In this document: positions 51,370-60,589 of the stretch, piece after piece
Numbering within the stretch: position 1 is the first letter of the stretch
Layout of the letters: every line of letters starts with the position of its first letter
IMG/VR virus record: IMGVR_UViG_3300011008_000071
Span: 54,714 to 118,713 of that record
Origin: a virus
Lineage: Duplodnaviria > Caudoviricetes
Strand: one strand, 5' to 3'
Length of the DNA: 64,000 nucleotides
Position numbers and translations under genes: made by a program
The notes under the pieces: model-generated
What the model saw: the letters and a program-made list of their open reading frames with translations, nothing else
The model's database searches: none
What the model was told of the DNA's origin: nothing

Positions 51370-51978
51370 ATGAATAACAAAGGGAAGGGTAAACGGTCCG
51401 CAATATTAGAAGCCGTTATAATCCTATTAATTGGAGCCGGGTTGATCTTCCTCAATTTATATACAGAAAATCTCTTTAGAGAGTTACATCAAGCGGGACA
51501 ATCGGCCGTCTTTGTAATGGATGATACAACATTCGAAAACGAGGATGAGTTTGCAGAGAAGCTGACCGAATACCTGCCAAGTAGCTACAAGATGATTGAA
51601 CTGTATGATGAGAATATCGATCTCCTATTCCAGATCCAGTTCAATGATAAGATCGAAAACACCGAAGATATTCATGACCATCCAAACATGATGAATTTCT
51701 TCAAAGCCAACCAAGAAGGGCAAACAAAGATCATGATCGATGATGTGGAACAAAATGTCTATTTCAAATGGATGGACAATACCCGTGGCGAACATAGACT
51801 TCTGGTCGTTTATTCCAGCATCGAAACTGTACAGGGTATATGGGTATTCCACCTTGTCTCATACGTAATCATCGCTCTGGTATTTGCATTGCTCCTGGTA
51901 CTTAGCATTCGTCGTCATAATGATACCATCTCAGCTTATAAGGTTATGATTGATAATGAACTAGATGAACTTCGATAA
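51370..51978 (+). CDS. two-TM protein with an extracytoplasmic sensor-like domain
   Basis: TM - ~130-aa domain - TM, short cytoplasmic tail, no kinase domain. Confidence 0.6.
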   Translation: MNNKGKGKRSAILEAVIILLIGAGLIFLNLYTENLFRELHQAGQSAVFVMDDTTFENEDEFAEKLTEYLPSSYKMIELYDENIDLLFQIQFNDKIENTEDIHDHPNMMNFFKANQEGQTKIMIDDVEQNVYFKWMDNTRGEHRLLVVYSSIETVQGIWVFHLVSYVIIALVFALLLVLSIRRHNDTISAYKVMIDNELDELR

Positions 51979-52055
51979 TGTTCAAAACTCATGCCAAGAA
52001 AAGTTACTCATTAATCATAAATTTTACCTCAAGGGAAGGGAGGAGTTGATACGTC

Positions 52056-52469
52056 ATGGATCAGTATGTTTCCGCAATAATTATTGCGGTAATAACAGGC
52101 ATATTCGGAATCATTACGATACTGATACAGAACCGACAAAAGAAAGATGTTGAAAAGATCGATCGGAGTGCCGCTGAACTAAAGAAGGAAAAGAAACTCA
52201 AGAATGATCTTGAGAAGGCGAAGAATGATCTGGAAGCAACTCTTCATCATATAATGATTCTCATACTTGATACGAATATCGAAATCCTGAAACATACTTC
52301 AAGCATGGACAACATATCCATTGACAACACCATATATGAAGCAGAGCAGCTTAAGCAGCAATTCAATCTGGTGTTGAATCAGATACGGAGTATCAATCAT
52401 GATTACGAAATACTTCTGGAAATACGCCAAGAACTACAATCTTCCTCCGGTGAAAATCGACGTTCATGA
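52056..52469 (+). CDS. holin-like single-TM coiled-coil protein
   Basis: IIIAVITGIFGIITILI followed by heptads; GGAGG RBS. Confidence 0.5.
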   Translation: MDQYVSAIIIAVITGIFGIITILIQNRQKKDVEKIDRSAAELKKEKKLKNDLEKAKNDLEATLHHIMILILDTNIEILKHTSSMDNISIDNTIYEAEQLKQQFNLVLNQIRSINHDYEILLEIRQELQSSSGENRRS

Positions 52470-52656
52470 TATGATTTTGAGATACCCGGTCTGAGACCGG
52501 GTATCTCTGGCTTTTGTGTATATATTATAATAGTGGACGATTGGATCACATGGGAATTCTTCGGTATTAAAAACATTTCATAGTCCCACTGGAGGATTAA
52601 CGTTGCAAGCCAACGCCTATACCAACCATCGAAATTTAAAAAGGAGGAATTTTACT

Positions 52657-53223
52657 ATGAAGATGGTAAACGAAGTCCTTGGCAAGATCAAGGGCGAAGA
52701 CAAGATTAACGACACTCTTACAGGCAAGGGAGCATTCAGTGTTACAGGGTTCAATGACCTGGTTAATGCAATGATCAATGATACGAGCTTCAAGATCCCT
52801 ACCTACGGCAAGGACGGCAAGAAGGACGGCGAGATCAGCATTTCTGAGCTTGTTCGTAATGACATCGCTAAAACGGCCGACAAGGCAAAATATCCTCAGA
52901 AGTCCGAAGCTGGCGTATTCAATTCTTCAGAGATCGTTACGACAGGTCTGGCAAAGGCTATTCCGTACATCTGCCTCACATGGCTCGCAGCTGGTAAGAA
53001 GTTCGAACTTCCGAACACTGGCGATATGTCCGGCTTTATCTATCTCCAGAACGTCCCCGGCGGCACCAAGGTATCCCAGGTACGCGATATGAAGACAGGC
53101 GCAAACATCGGCACGTCCGAAACAAAGACCAAGGATCATATCGAAGTAAGAGCTAAGAGTTCCGCTCCGGATTGGCTCAAGACTAAGGTAAGAAAGGATG
53201 TCAACGGCAAGGTTGTTAATTAA
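52657..53223 (+). CDS. basic protein, possibly HU/IHF-like DNA-binding
   Basis: AAGGAGG RBS; C-terminal VRDMKTGANI...VRAKS...LK resembles the HU arm (RNP.TGE.I). Confidence 0.4.
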   Translation: MKMVNEVLGKIKGEDKINDTLTGKGAFSVTGFNDLVNAMINDTSFKIPTYGKDGKKDGEISISELVRNDIAKTADKAKYPQKSEAGVFNSSEIVTTGLAKAIPYICLTWLAAGKKFELPNTGDMSGFIYLQNVPGGTKVSQVRDMKTGANIGTSETKTKDHIEVRAKSSAPDWLKTKVRKDVNGKVVN

Positions 53224-53253
53224 TCCAACACCTCCGTAAGGAGGTTGATACCA

Positions 53254-53508
53254 ATGTATCTAGGAAGAATTAACAACCCATCTGATATCCAGAAGGCATT
53301 CGGAAAGAAACCTCTGGAGATGACTGGTGACAGGCAAGGATGGCTACTGAAGTATCGTTGCTTCTATATCAAGATCTATTCCAAGAAACAATTGGAGTAT
53401 GAAATTCAATACTATGCATGGGGTGCGGATTTTCCCTACAAGGTAGATATAGTCAATGCAAATGAGCTTCATAGGTATGCATCCTACATCAGAGAACAAT
53501 TCAGTTGA
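53254..53508 (+). CDS. hypothetical protein
   Basis: AAGGAGG RBS. Confidence 0.6.
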   Translation: MYLGRINNPSDIQKAFGKKPLEMTGDRQGWLLKYRCFYIKIYSKKQLEYEIQYYAWGADFPYKVDIVNANELHRYASYIREQFS

Positions 53509-53641
53509 ACACACCGAGGCATGCCTCGGTGTGTTTCGCTGCCTACTTGAATTATGAATGATAACAATTATACAATCAACTCGAAAGGGTTGATACACTT
53601 CAACTGTTTCGTTCATATAAGTCCTTAATGGAGGTAAAGCT

Positions 53642-54400
53642 ATGCAACTTGCAAAAGTGTCATCGACGATGTTAGCGGCATTATCTATTGCCGTGCTCAC
53701 ATCATTTGTTTGTGGGTCGACGTCGATGGCAGCAGAAACAAGTGAATCGAAAGAGGAGGATCTTGAATCCTCAATAACTGCGATCGCAGAAGAACCGAAA
53801 GAAATGAAGTTTCCTAAACAGACAGGTCCTGTGTTGGAGTTCGAACTAAATGTCACGCCCTTAAATACCTTCGACAATATTGAAGAGACACTGGTGCAAA
53901 GTTCGATGACAACAACTGAAAGTGATGAAGAAATTATGGACGAAGCAGAGGAAGATACTCAGGACGACGAGGATATAGATCCTCTATCTTACTACGCCGG
54001 ATTACCTGAACCTGATTGGTCAGTAATCCCTCTGGATCAGTCTTTGGTAGAAACTGTCTTCTATGAAGCAGCAGAAAACAAAGTTGATCCATGCGTTGTG
54101 ATTGCGCTAATGCAATCCGAATCCGGGTTCAAACTGGATGTAGTTTCAAGCGCAGGCTGTTATGGCCTGATGCAGCTTCATCCTCTATACTATCCGGAAG
54201 ACATCGTCGACCCCTATCGCAATATCCATTATGGGGTCGAAACAATAGGAAACAACCTACAGAAGACTGATGGGAATTATGTCGAGGCATTGTCAATATA
54301 CGCGAACGGACATGTCGGAACAAATTTCACATATCAGTATGATGTAATGCGTCGTGCCGAAGAGTGGCGTACAACGCTACAGGAGGCAAATATCATATAG
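53642..54400 (+). CDS. secreted lytic transglycosylase (SLT domain)
   Basis: Signal peptide, acidic linker, then ALMQSESGF, SSAGCYGLMQL, DPY.NI..G and AL..Y..G. Confidence 0.85.
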   Translation: MQLAKVSSTMLAALSIAVLTSFVCGSTSMAAETSESKEEDLESSITAIAEEPKEMKFPKQTGPVLEFELNVTPLNTFDNIEETLVQSSMTTTESDEEIMDEAEEDTQDDEDIDPLSYYAGLPEPDWSVIPLDQSLVETVFYEAAENKVDPCVVIALMQSESGFKLDVVSSAGCYGLMQLHPLYYPEDIVDPYRNIHYGVETIGNNLQKTDGNYVEALSIYANGHVGTNFTYQYDVMRRAEEWRTTLQEANII

Positions 54401-54411
54401 GAAGAAGTACT

Positions 54412-54555
54412 ATGTACCAGAACCTTATTCGATTTCCCTGTCCAAATGACGGGGAAATGACCACCATTGACAAATGTGATGAATGTTTGCACAAAGATGA
54501 ATGCGATACATATGTCACAATTCTCAATGAACCCAATGATACTTTCGATTCATAA
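54412..54555 (+). CDS. small Cys-rich protein
   Basis: MYQNLIRFPCP...CDEC....C. Confidence 0.4.
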   Translation: MYQNLIRFPCPNDGEMTTIDKCDECLHKDECDTYVTILNEPNDTFDS

Positions 54556-54602
54556 ACAAAAGAAAACGGGGCTTTGTGGCCCCGTTTTCTTTTTTTTTGT
54601 CT

Positions 54603-55013
54603 TCAGAAGCGTTCTACCTGAACATTGGGATGTTCAGCAATGTAGTTTGCGATCTCAGTATCGATCTCAGCGATCTCTTTCTTTTCTTTTGCATGAGATG
54701 CAATCTTCTTGGCCACGAACCCAACGAGAAGAGCCCCAGCAATTCCAATGATGATGTTTCTGTTGCGGCAGTTGTTCTCATACACCTTCTGCATCACACT
54801 GATGAACTCTTCACGGTCGATACTCAACATCAGCTCTTTCGGAATGACAACATCGTCGGGGCTATAGGTGTTGAGTTCTTCATCAATGGGATCACTGCAG
54901 GCAGCCATCACCTTTTTGAAGTTCTTCTTAGTCGGCGGTAAGCCTTTCGATACGTAGTTGATGATGTCGTCTCTGTCTTCGAAGACTATTGACTTAGGAT
55001 CTACTAATAACAT
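54603..55013 (-). CDS. single-TM hypothetical protein
   Basis: AAGGAGG RBS; upstream TATATTAT. Confidence 0.65.
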   Translation of the reverse strand: MLLVDPKSIVFEDRDDIINYVSKGLPPTKKNFKKVMAACSDPIDEELNTYSPDDVVIPKELMLSIDREEFISVMQKVYENNCRNRNIIIGIAGALLVGFVAKKIASHAKEKKEIAEIDTEIANYIAEHPNVQVERF

Positions 55014-55141
55014 TATAGATTCCTCCTTTGAATTTATTGAATAACACCCGGGCGTGATATTCTACAATTATAATATATACACATAAATGCCCGATGAACG
55101 ACAATTTAAATGATCAAATCTACAAAAGGAGGTATTAGGTC

Positions 55142-57367
55142 ATGGCTAATGAAGTTATATCCGTTCTAACCAGAGATCTGATCACATTAGATGATGAAAC
55201 TAATCCTGAAGGTTCGGGTATTAATACCATTTACCCTTCAACCACACTTGATCAGGTGTTTGATAATAGATCGTCTACTAATAAAACATTACGGACTATC
55301 ATTGAAGAACTCAAGGTTGATATCCTAACAGGCGGCCGAGGAAATATCAATTTTCCAGTGACATCCGTAAATGGTAAAACGGGCAATATTGAAATCAGTC
55401 CCGCAGATTTAGGCTTACAGGATCTGATCGGCAACAAGCCTGATATGGACAAACCTTTGTCTGATCCACAACGAGAAGCCGTAAGTCAAATGATCTCGTC
55501 ATACAGATATGAAGTAGATCTGTCTGATCTGTATAATCATATCAATGACATGGATAATCCACATGGAGTTACAATTGCACAGCTTGATTCCAGTGGTGCT
55601 GTAACATCGATGATCAAAGCGTTGATCCATAGTCATAGTATAGATACAGACATGAATACCCATCTCGATATCAGGAATCAGATATCGGCATTGAGTAGTC
55701 GTCTCAGTAATCTATCAACTGCTGTTGATCAGACCGTTACAACGACTTTTGATACCATTGCTAGACATGACACAGATACTGCGGCTCATATCAATCTCTT
55801 CTCCAAGAAAGAAGATGCTGATAACAAAGCATATGAAATAGGAGAAGGAAATCATAAATCATATCCATCAACCAGAGCAGTTGTCGAATATGTAACAGCC
55901 AGACTTGCTGAGTACAAGAGATCCAATCCTGATGTCCAGCAGTGGATAGATGATATCATATTCATCGATAACAGATCTGAATTGCCTATGGCCAATTACG
56001 GAGTATATCGTAAAGCATACTTCATTCGATACGGCAATGGGTCACATCCGGAGTTGGCGATATGCAGGATGAACCCAGATGGTAGAACATATGGATGGGA
56101 CATTTCAACATCCAGTACCTTCTCTAAGTTCGATCCTGTATACTTCACCGAGAACGCAGATGGTTTGAGCATCAATCTGAATACAATCACAGACCGTATC
56201 ATGCAGGAGGATTCGATACTGAATTCCATGAAATCTCAGCTATCCAATCTGATGCCAAACATAATGGGTGAGTACTACACCAAGACAGCAATCGATACAT
56301 TTCACTTCATCAGAAGTATATCAATCCTTCCTGGGACACAGGACGGAACAATTCGTTACTTTATCAATGAAGATGAAAGAACGATGAGTGACGACATTCG
56401 AGTTACGGGGTTGCAGCGTCTTGCATTCCTTGAATGGATAACCGAGGGAGAACTTGCAGATCAAGCTGTTCAATCCAGACACATCGTAGATAGAGCCATC
56501 GAACACAGACATATGGGTGACAAGGCCGTATCTTACAAAAATATGCAAGCATCTCATATGACGATGTTTGGTAATCTGGAAGACGAAACCAATCACTCTG
56601 TACAGGAGATCACAATACCTGAACTCGCCGCTACACTGAACCCATATCTGCAACTACAAATTGATGATACCCGATTCTCTGTATTGACGGATCCGGAAAT
56701 ATATTCGATCATGAATAAGGCATTCCGTAGTAGTCAGGGATGGGTTGATCCTGAGCTGTGCGTAAATGCATATGTATCCCGTGAAGGAGAACTCATAATT
56801 GAATATGATTATGATGATCCGATCATATGGATGGAACCTGATGGAACTGTATACATGATGTGGGATAACACGGCTACAGATAACGCCCTGGTACGTTTCA
56901 AGTTCAGGATTGATGGTGAGAACCTCGTGATTGATTACACTGAGCTTGATCCTACGAAGCCTGCTGAATTCAAGATTATGGACGATGAACTGATCGTCGA
57001 ATATTCCGAAATGTTCAACGCTCCTCAGATTTCTCATGATGCAGAAGGAAATATTATACTCACTTCGTATGACTCGGAAGTTGACGTTGAATTGAGTAAA
57101 TACTTCTTCATGGAGACATCTAATGGAGATCTGATCATGTTCTATGATATGCCAGACTTCTCTGATAAGGTTGCCAAGTTTGACTTCCTTGGAGAGGATC
57201 TGATTGTTACATATGATGAAGCATATGGACAGCCTGAGATCTGGCTGGATAGAACAACCGGAGATCTGATTCTGAATTCGTATGATTCGGAGAACGATGT
57301 AGAACTCTCCAGATACATCTTCAAGATTAATCTTGAAGGAGAACTCGAAGCAACTTATCTTGATTAA
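55142..57367 (+). CDS. tail fibre-like protein with C-terminal GELII repeats
   Basis: Fibre-type motifs IYPSTT..QV, VTSVNGKTG, DKPLS.PQ, H..D..NPHGVT, KE...NK and YPS..AV..YV. Confidence 0.7.
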   Translation: MANEVISVLTRDLITLDDETNPEGSGINTIYPSTTLDQVFDNRSSTNKTLRTIIEELKVDILTGGRGNINFPVTSVNGKTGNIEISPADLGLQDLIGNKPDMDKPLSDPQREAVSQMISSYRYEVDLSDLYNHINDMDNPHGVTIAQLDSSGAVTSMIKALIHSHSIDTDMNTHLDIRNQISALSSRLSNLSTAVDQTVTTTFDTIARHDTDTAAHINLFSKKEDADNKAYEIGEGNHKSYPSTRAVVEYVTARLAEYKRSNPDVQQWIDDIIFIDNRSELPMANYGVYRKAYFIRYGNGSHPELAICRMNPDGRTYGWDISTSSTFSKFDPVYFTENADGLSINLNTITDRIMQEDSILNSMKSQLSNLMPNIMGEYYTKTAIDTFHFIRSISILPGTQDGTIRYFINEDERTMSDDIRVTGLQRLAFLEWITEGELADQAVQSRHIVDRAIEHRHMGDKAVSYKNMQASHMTMFGNLEDETNHSVQEITIPELAATLNPYLQLQIDDTRFSVLTDPEIYSIMNKAFRSSQGWVDPELCVNAYVSREGELIIEYDYDDPIIWMEPDGTVYMMWDNTATDNALVRFKFRIDGENLVIDYTELDPTKPAEFKIMDDELIVEYSEMFNAPQISHDAEGNIILTSYDSEVDVELSKYFFMETSNGDLIMFYDMPDFSDKVAKFDFLGEDLIVTYDEAYGQPEIWLDRTTGDLILNSYDSENDVELSRYIFKINLEGELEATYLD

Positions 57368-57430
57368 CATAAATCACATGGGGCTTTATAAAGCCCCATG
57401 TGATTTGACTTGCTTTTAAGAGGAGGATTG

Positions 57431-59662
57431 ATGACAATGTCTTTTTATCAACTTGACAAATCAATCATATTATACAGACAACAATTCGAACGGTATGTAT
57501 TGCAGATCTTTGGAGATCATCGAATATCGAGATGCTCCATGGATCTGGAGGGACAAATGTTCCGGATAAAGTACGTACTTCGAAAGAAAGGATACACGGA
57601 AGAGGTCAAATCCCTCATAGACGAATACTGCGAAATGTCTACGGAGATGCGGAAATACTTCAGCCGGTTCGTTGTTGAACTGATTCAGAATCGGATTATC
57701 AAAGCCGATGAGATGACAGATGTCATGACATATGACGTGAAGTTCGATGCAAACTACGTATCATTTACAATGAAGGTCATATCTGAATCGGAACGGTGGC
57801 TACAATGGTTTGATGAAGCTTTTGATTCATCTGTACCGTTCAACATCTTTCCGCATGAATATTTCCGATTCAGTACCGATTCATACAACGATGGGATTGC
57901 CAAAGCATATCCAGAACTGTTCGAACAGAAACATGCTGATATTGGTGTTGGGGATGACGGGGATATCTTCTGTCATTCCTTTACATTCCAAACAACCGAA
58001 GCATGCTCCCTTAACTGCTTTGCCAAGGGTACACAGATACTGATGGCGGATGGAACATATAAGAACATCGAAGACATCAAACTCGGTGAGTATGTAATGG
58101 GCTTCGATGAAGAGGATTACGTGGATGAACCGGCATCTGATTTCTATCCAACTCGTGTGACAGGAATGTATTTGAACTACTCCCCATGCTACACCATTTC
58201 CTCCAAGGAACTTCAACATGATATTCTTGTAACACCAGAGCATCTGATATACACCGACATTGATGAATGGACCAAGGTAGAAGACTTGGATAAGACCAAG
58301 GGTATCATGATATACAATGAGAAAGGTTTCTTCGAGCAAATATACAACTATTCCGTGAAACGAAAGAATACTAATGATCAAGACGTATACGACCTGGAAA
58401 CAGAATCCCATACATTCATTGCAGCTGGACTCTGTGTTCATAACTGCACCTACTGCTATCAGTTCAATAAATCCAATATGAGGATGCAGTTTGACACAGC
58501 GAAAGAATTCATAGATCATTTATTGAATGATGATTATGGATACATCAACCGATATAACTCCCCGGCAATCATTCTGGAGTTCATAGGTGGAGAACCTCTC
58601 TTAGAGATATCTCTAACAAGAAGAATCTATGAATACTTCCTCGATAGATGTTATGAACTAAATCATCCCTGGTTTACCCTACACAGGTTATCCATCTGCA
58701 GTAATGGCATGCAATACTTCAATGAAGAAGTGCAGGAGTTCTTCAAGCTATACTCTTCACAGATATCATTCAATATATCCATTGATGGTAACAAGGAACT
58801 CCATGATACATGCCGGAAACAGCCAAATGGAGAAGGATCATATGACATCGATATTGCAGCACTAAACCATTTCAACAAGCATTTCTCCCCAGAGAGAAAT
58901 AGTAAGATGACCCTATCTCCACAGAATATTGGTTATTTGTATGATTCCGTCGTGGACTTCATCAAACATGATATGAAGGTAATCAATATCAACTGTGTGT
59001 TTGAGGAAGGATGGAAACCAGAACACGCCAAGACTGAATACTATCAACTCAAGAAGTTGGCTGATTATCTAATTGACAATGATCTTGAAAACATCTACGT
59101 GGCCATCTTTGATGAGAGACAGGAAGAACAAATGGATCCTCTCAGTGACGGCAGTTTCTGTGGCGGAGATGGAAGCATGTTGGCTGTCCGCCCAAATGGA
59201 GAATTCTATCCTTGTCTACGATATATGCCATCGTCTGTAGGAGATGATGGCCCGGATATGTGTATAGGAACGGTCAAGGATGGAATGATTGGAAGAGAGC
59301 AAGGATCAGAAGTTCTTAAAATGTTAGATAGTATTACGCGTAGAGGGCAGAATACTGATATCTGTTGGAGTTGTCCTATTGGTACTGCATGTGCTTCATG
59401 TTTGGCTTTGGGAGCTACGGTTTTTGGTACTCCAACAAAACGTACTACGTTCATATGCCTGATGGTGATTGCCGAAACGCTTGCCAATGTTTACTACTGG
59501 AATAGATTGATTATAAAACATCCTGATTTGAATATTAATGTCAGGGAGAATAATGTTCCAGATGAATGGGCAAGAATCATATTAACGGAAGAAGAACTCG
59601 CAGAGCTTCGTATCATCGAACTGGTAGCGAAGATGTCTAAAATGACGTATGAACACTTTTAA
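57431..59662 (+). CDS. radical SAM/SPASM maturase of the CXXX-repeat-target type, with N-terminal extension and intein
   Basis: TFQTTEACSLN[intein]CTYCY, EFIGGEPLLE, HPWF, SNG, SIDG.KE.HD.CR, GSYD, and SPASM CG...G..YPC.R...C.SC.....CA.C...C. Confidence 0.9.
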   Translation: MTMSFYQLDKSIILYRQQFERYVLQIFGDHRISRCSMDLEGQMFRIKYVLRKKGYTEEVKSLIDEYCEMSTEMRKYFSRFVVELIQNRIIKADEMTDVMTYDVKFDANYVSFTMKVISESERWLQWFDEAFDSSVPFNIFPHEYFRFSTDSYNDGIAKAYPELFEQKHADIGVGDDGDIFCHSFTFQTTEACSLNCFAKGTQILMADGTYKNIEDIKLGEYVMGFDEEDYVDEPASDFYPTRVTGMYLNYSPCYTISSKELQHDILVTPEHLIYTDIDEWTKVEDLDKTKGIMIYNEKGFFEQIYNYSVKRKNTNDQDVYDLETESHTFIAAGLCVHNCTYCYQFNKSNMRMQFDTAKEFIDHLLNDDYGYINRYNSPAIILEFIGGEPLLEISLTRRIYEYFLDRCYELNHPWFTLHRLSICSNGMQYFNEEVQEFFKLYSSQISFNISIDGNKELHDTCRKQPNGEGSYDIDIAALNHFNKHFSPERNSKMTLSPQNIGYLYDSVVDFIKHDMKVININCVFEEGWKPEHAKTEYYQLKKLADYLIDNDLENIYVAIFDERQEEQMDPLSDGSFCGGDGSMLAVRPNGEFYPCLRYMPSSVGDDGPDMCIGTVKDGMIGREQGSEVLKMLDSITRRGQNTDICWSCPIGTACASCLALGATVFGTPTKRTTFICLMVIAETLANVYYWNRLIIKHPDLNINVRENNVPDEWARIILTEEELAELRIIELVAKMSKMTYEHF
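58016..58444 (+). mobile_element. mini-intein (143 aa, no endonuclease)
   Basis: CFAKGTQILMADG..KNIEDI..G..V, VTPEH, VYDLET..HTFIA.G..VHN, followed by +1 Cys. Confidence 0.92.
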
Positions 59663-59746
59663 GAACAATCCATCCACCCCGGTCACCCGGGGTGGATGGA
59701 TTTCTCGGAGGTAGTCCAAATGACTAAGACAGAAATGTGATCATTA

Positions 59747-60475
59747 TTATTGACCGAGACCGTTACCTTCACCTTCGGGTTCTTCCTTGGTAAATGTTAC
59801 GGTTTCCTCAACGTCTGCAGTACCCATTGTTCCAGCTACAGTTGCCTTGTCAGCCGTATAGCCTTCAACTTCAGGAGTTGTTACGGAGTAAGCTGCGCCT
59901 TCTTCATACTCTTCGAGGTAATCATCGGGAGCAGTGAAGTCTGTATCATCTTCAGGACCTACATACTCTATTGAAAGTGTATGCTTAGCCTTGGGCTTTT
60001 CAGTCGGTTCTTCCACTGTGGGCTCTTTATCCTCTTCTTCCTTAGCGTCCTTGGTGTATGTAATAGTTACTTCCTTACCTGCAGCAGGCATCTTACCAGT
60101 GATAAGATTCTGATCAGGTGTGTATCCTACTACGGTGTAGGGCACGAATGTGTATGTAGCGCCTACAGCGTACTTCTTGGTGAAGGGTTTAAACTTCTCG
60201 AAGTCGTTATCATCCTTGGGGCCTTCGAACTTCACAGTGAGATTTGCTGTAGCAGGAAGAACTTCGATGTCATCACCAGGAGCATCTGTTGGCTCACCCT
60301 TCTCAGGAAGTCCTTCTGTAAGAACTTCTATTACCGTAGGCATTACAGCAAAGAACTCATCTTTGGTAAGACTAATGCCGAGACCGGAACGAGAAAGAAT
60401 GTGGCGAAGAGCTTCAACGATTTCTACAGCAGCAGCTTCAAGCTTACCTTCAGCTATGAGAGTTTTTACGCTCAT
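59747..60475 (-). CDS. protein with two MucBP-like domains
   Basis: Two repeats of L...(F/Y).GP.DD.DF.........GA.Y........GYT.D.....G.M......T.T(Y/F)TK; no signal peptide or LPXTG. Confidence 0.7.
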   Translation of the reverse strand: MSVKTLIAEGKLEAAAVEIVEALRHILSRSGLGISLTKDEFFAVMPTVIEVLTEGLPEKGEPTDAPGDDIEVLPATANLTVKFEGPKDDNDFEKFKPFTKKYAVGATYTFVPYTVVGYTPDQNLITGKMPAAGKEVTITYTKDAKEEEDKEPTVEEPTEKPKAKHTLSIEYVGPEDDTDFTAPDDYLEEYEEGAAYSVTTPEVEGYTADKATVAGTMGTADVEETVTFTKEEPEGEGNGLGQ

Positions 60476-60589
60476 GAAATATCATTCCTTTCAAAAAATA
60501 AATTATGTTTAATACCTCATTATCCGCTTGAGGGTTACATAATGGTGAGGTTCAACGACTAATTAACTATCTTAGCCGTATAGGAGGTA

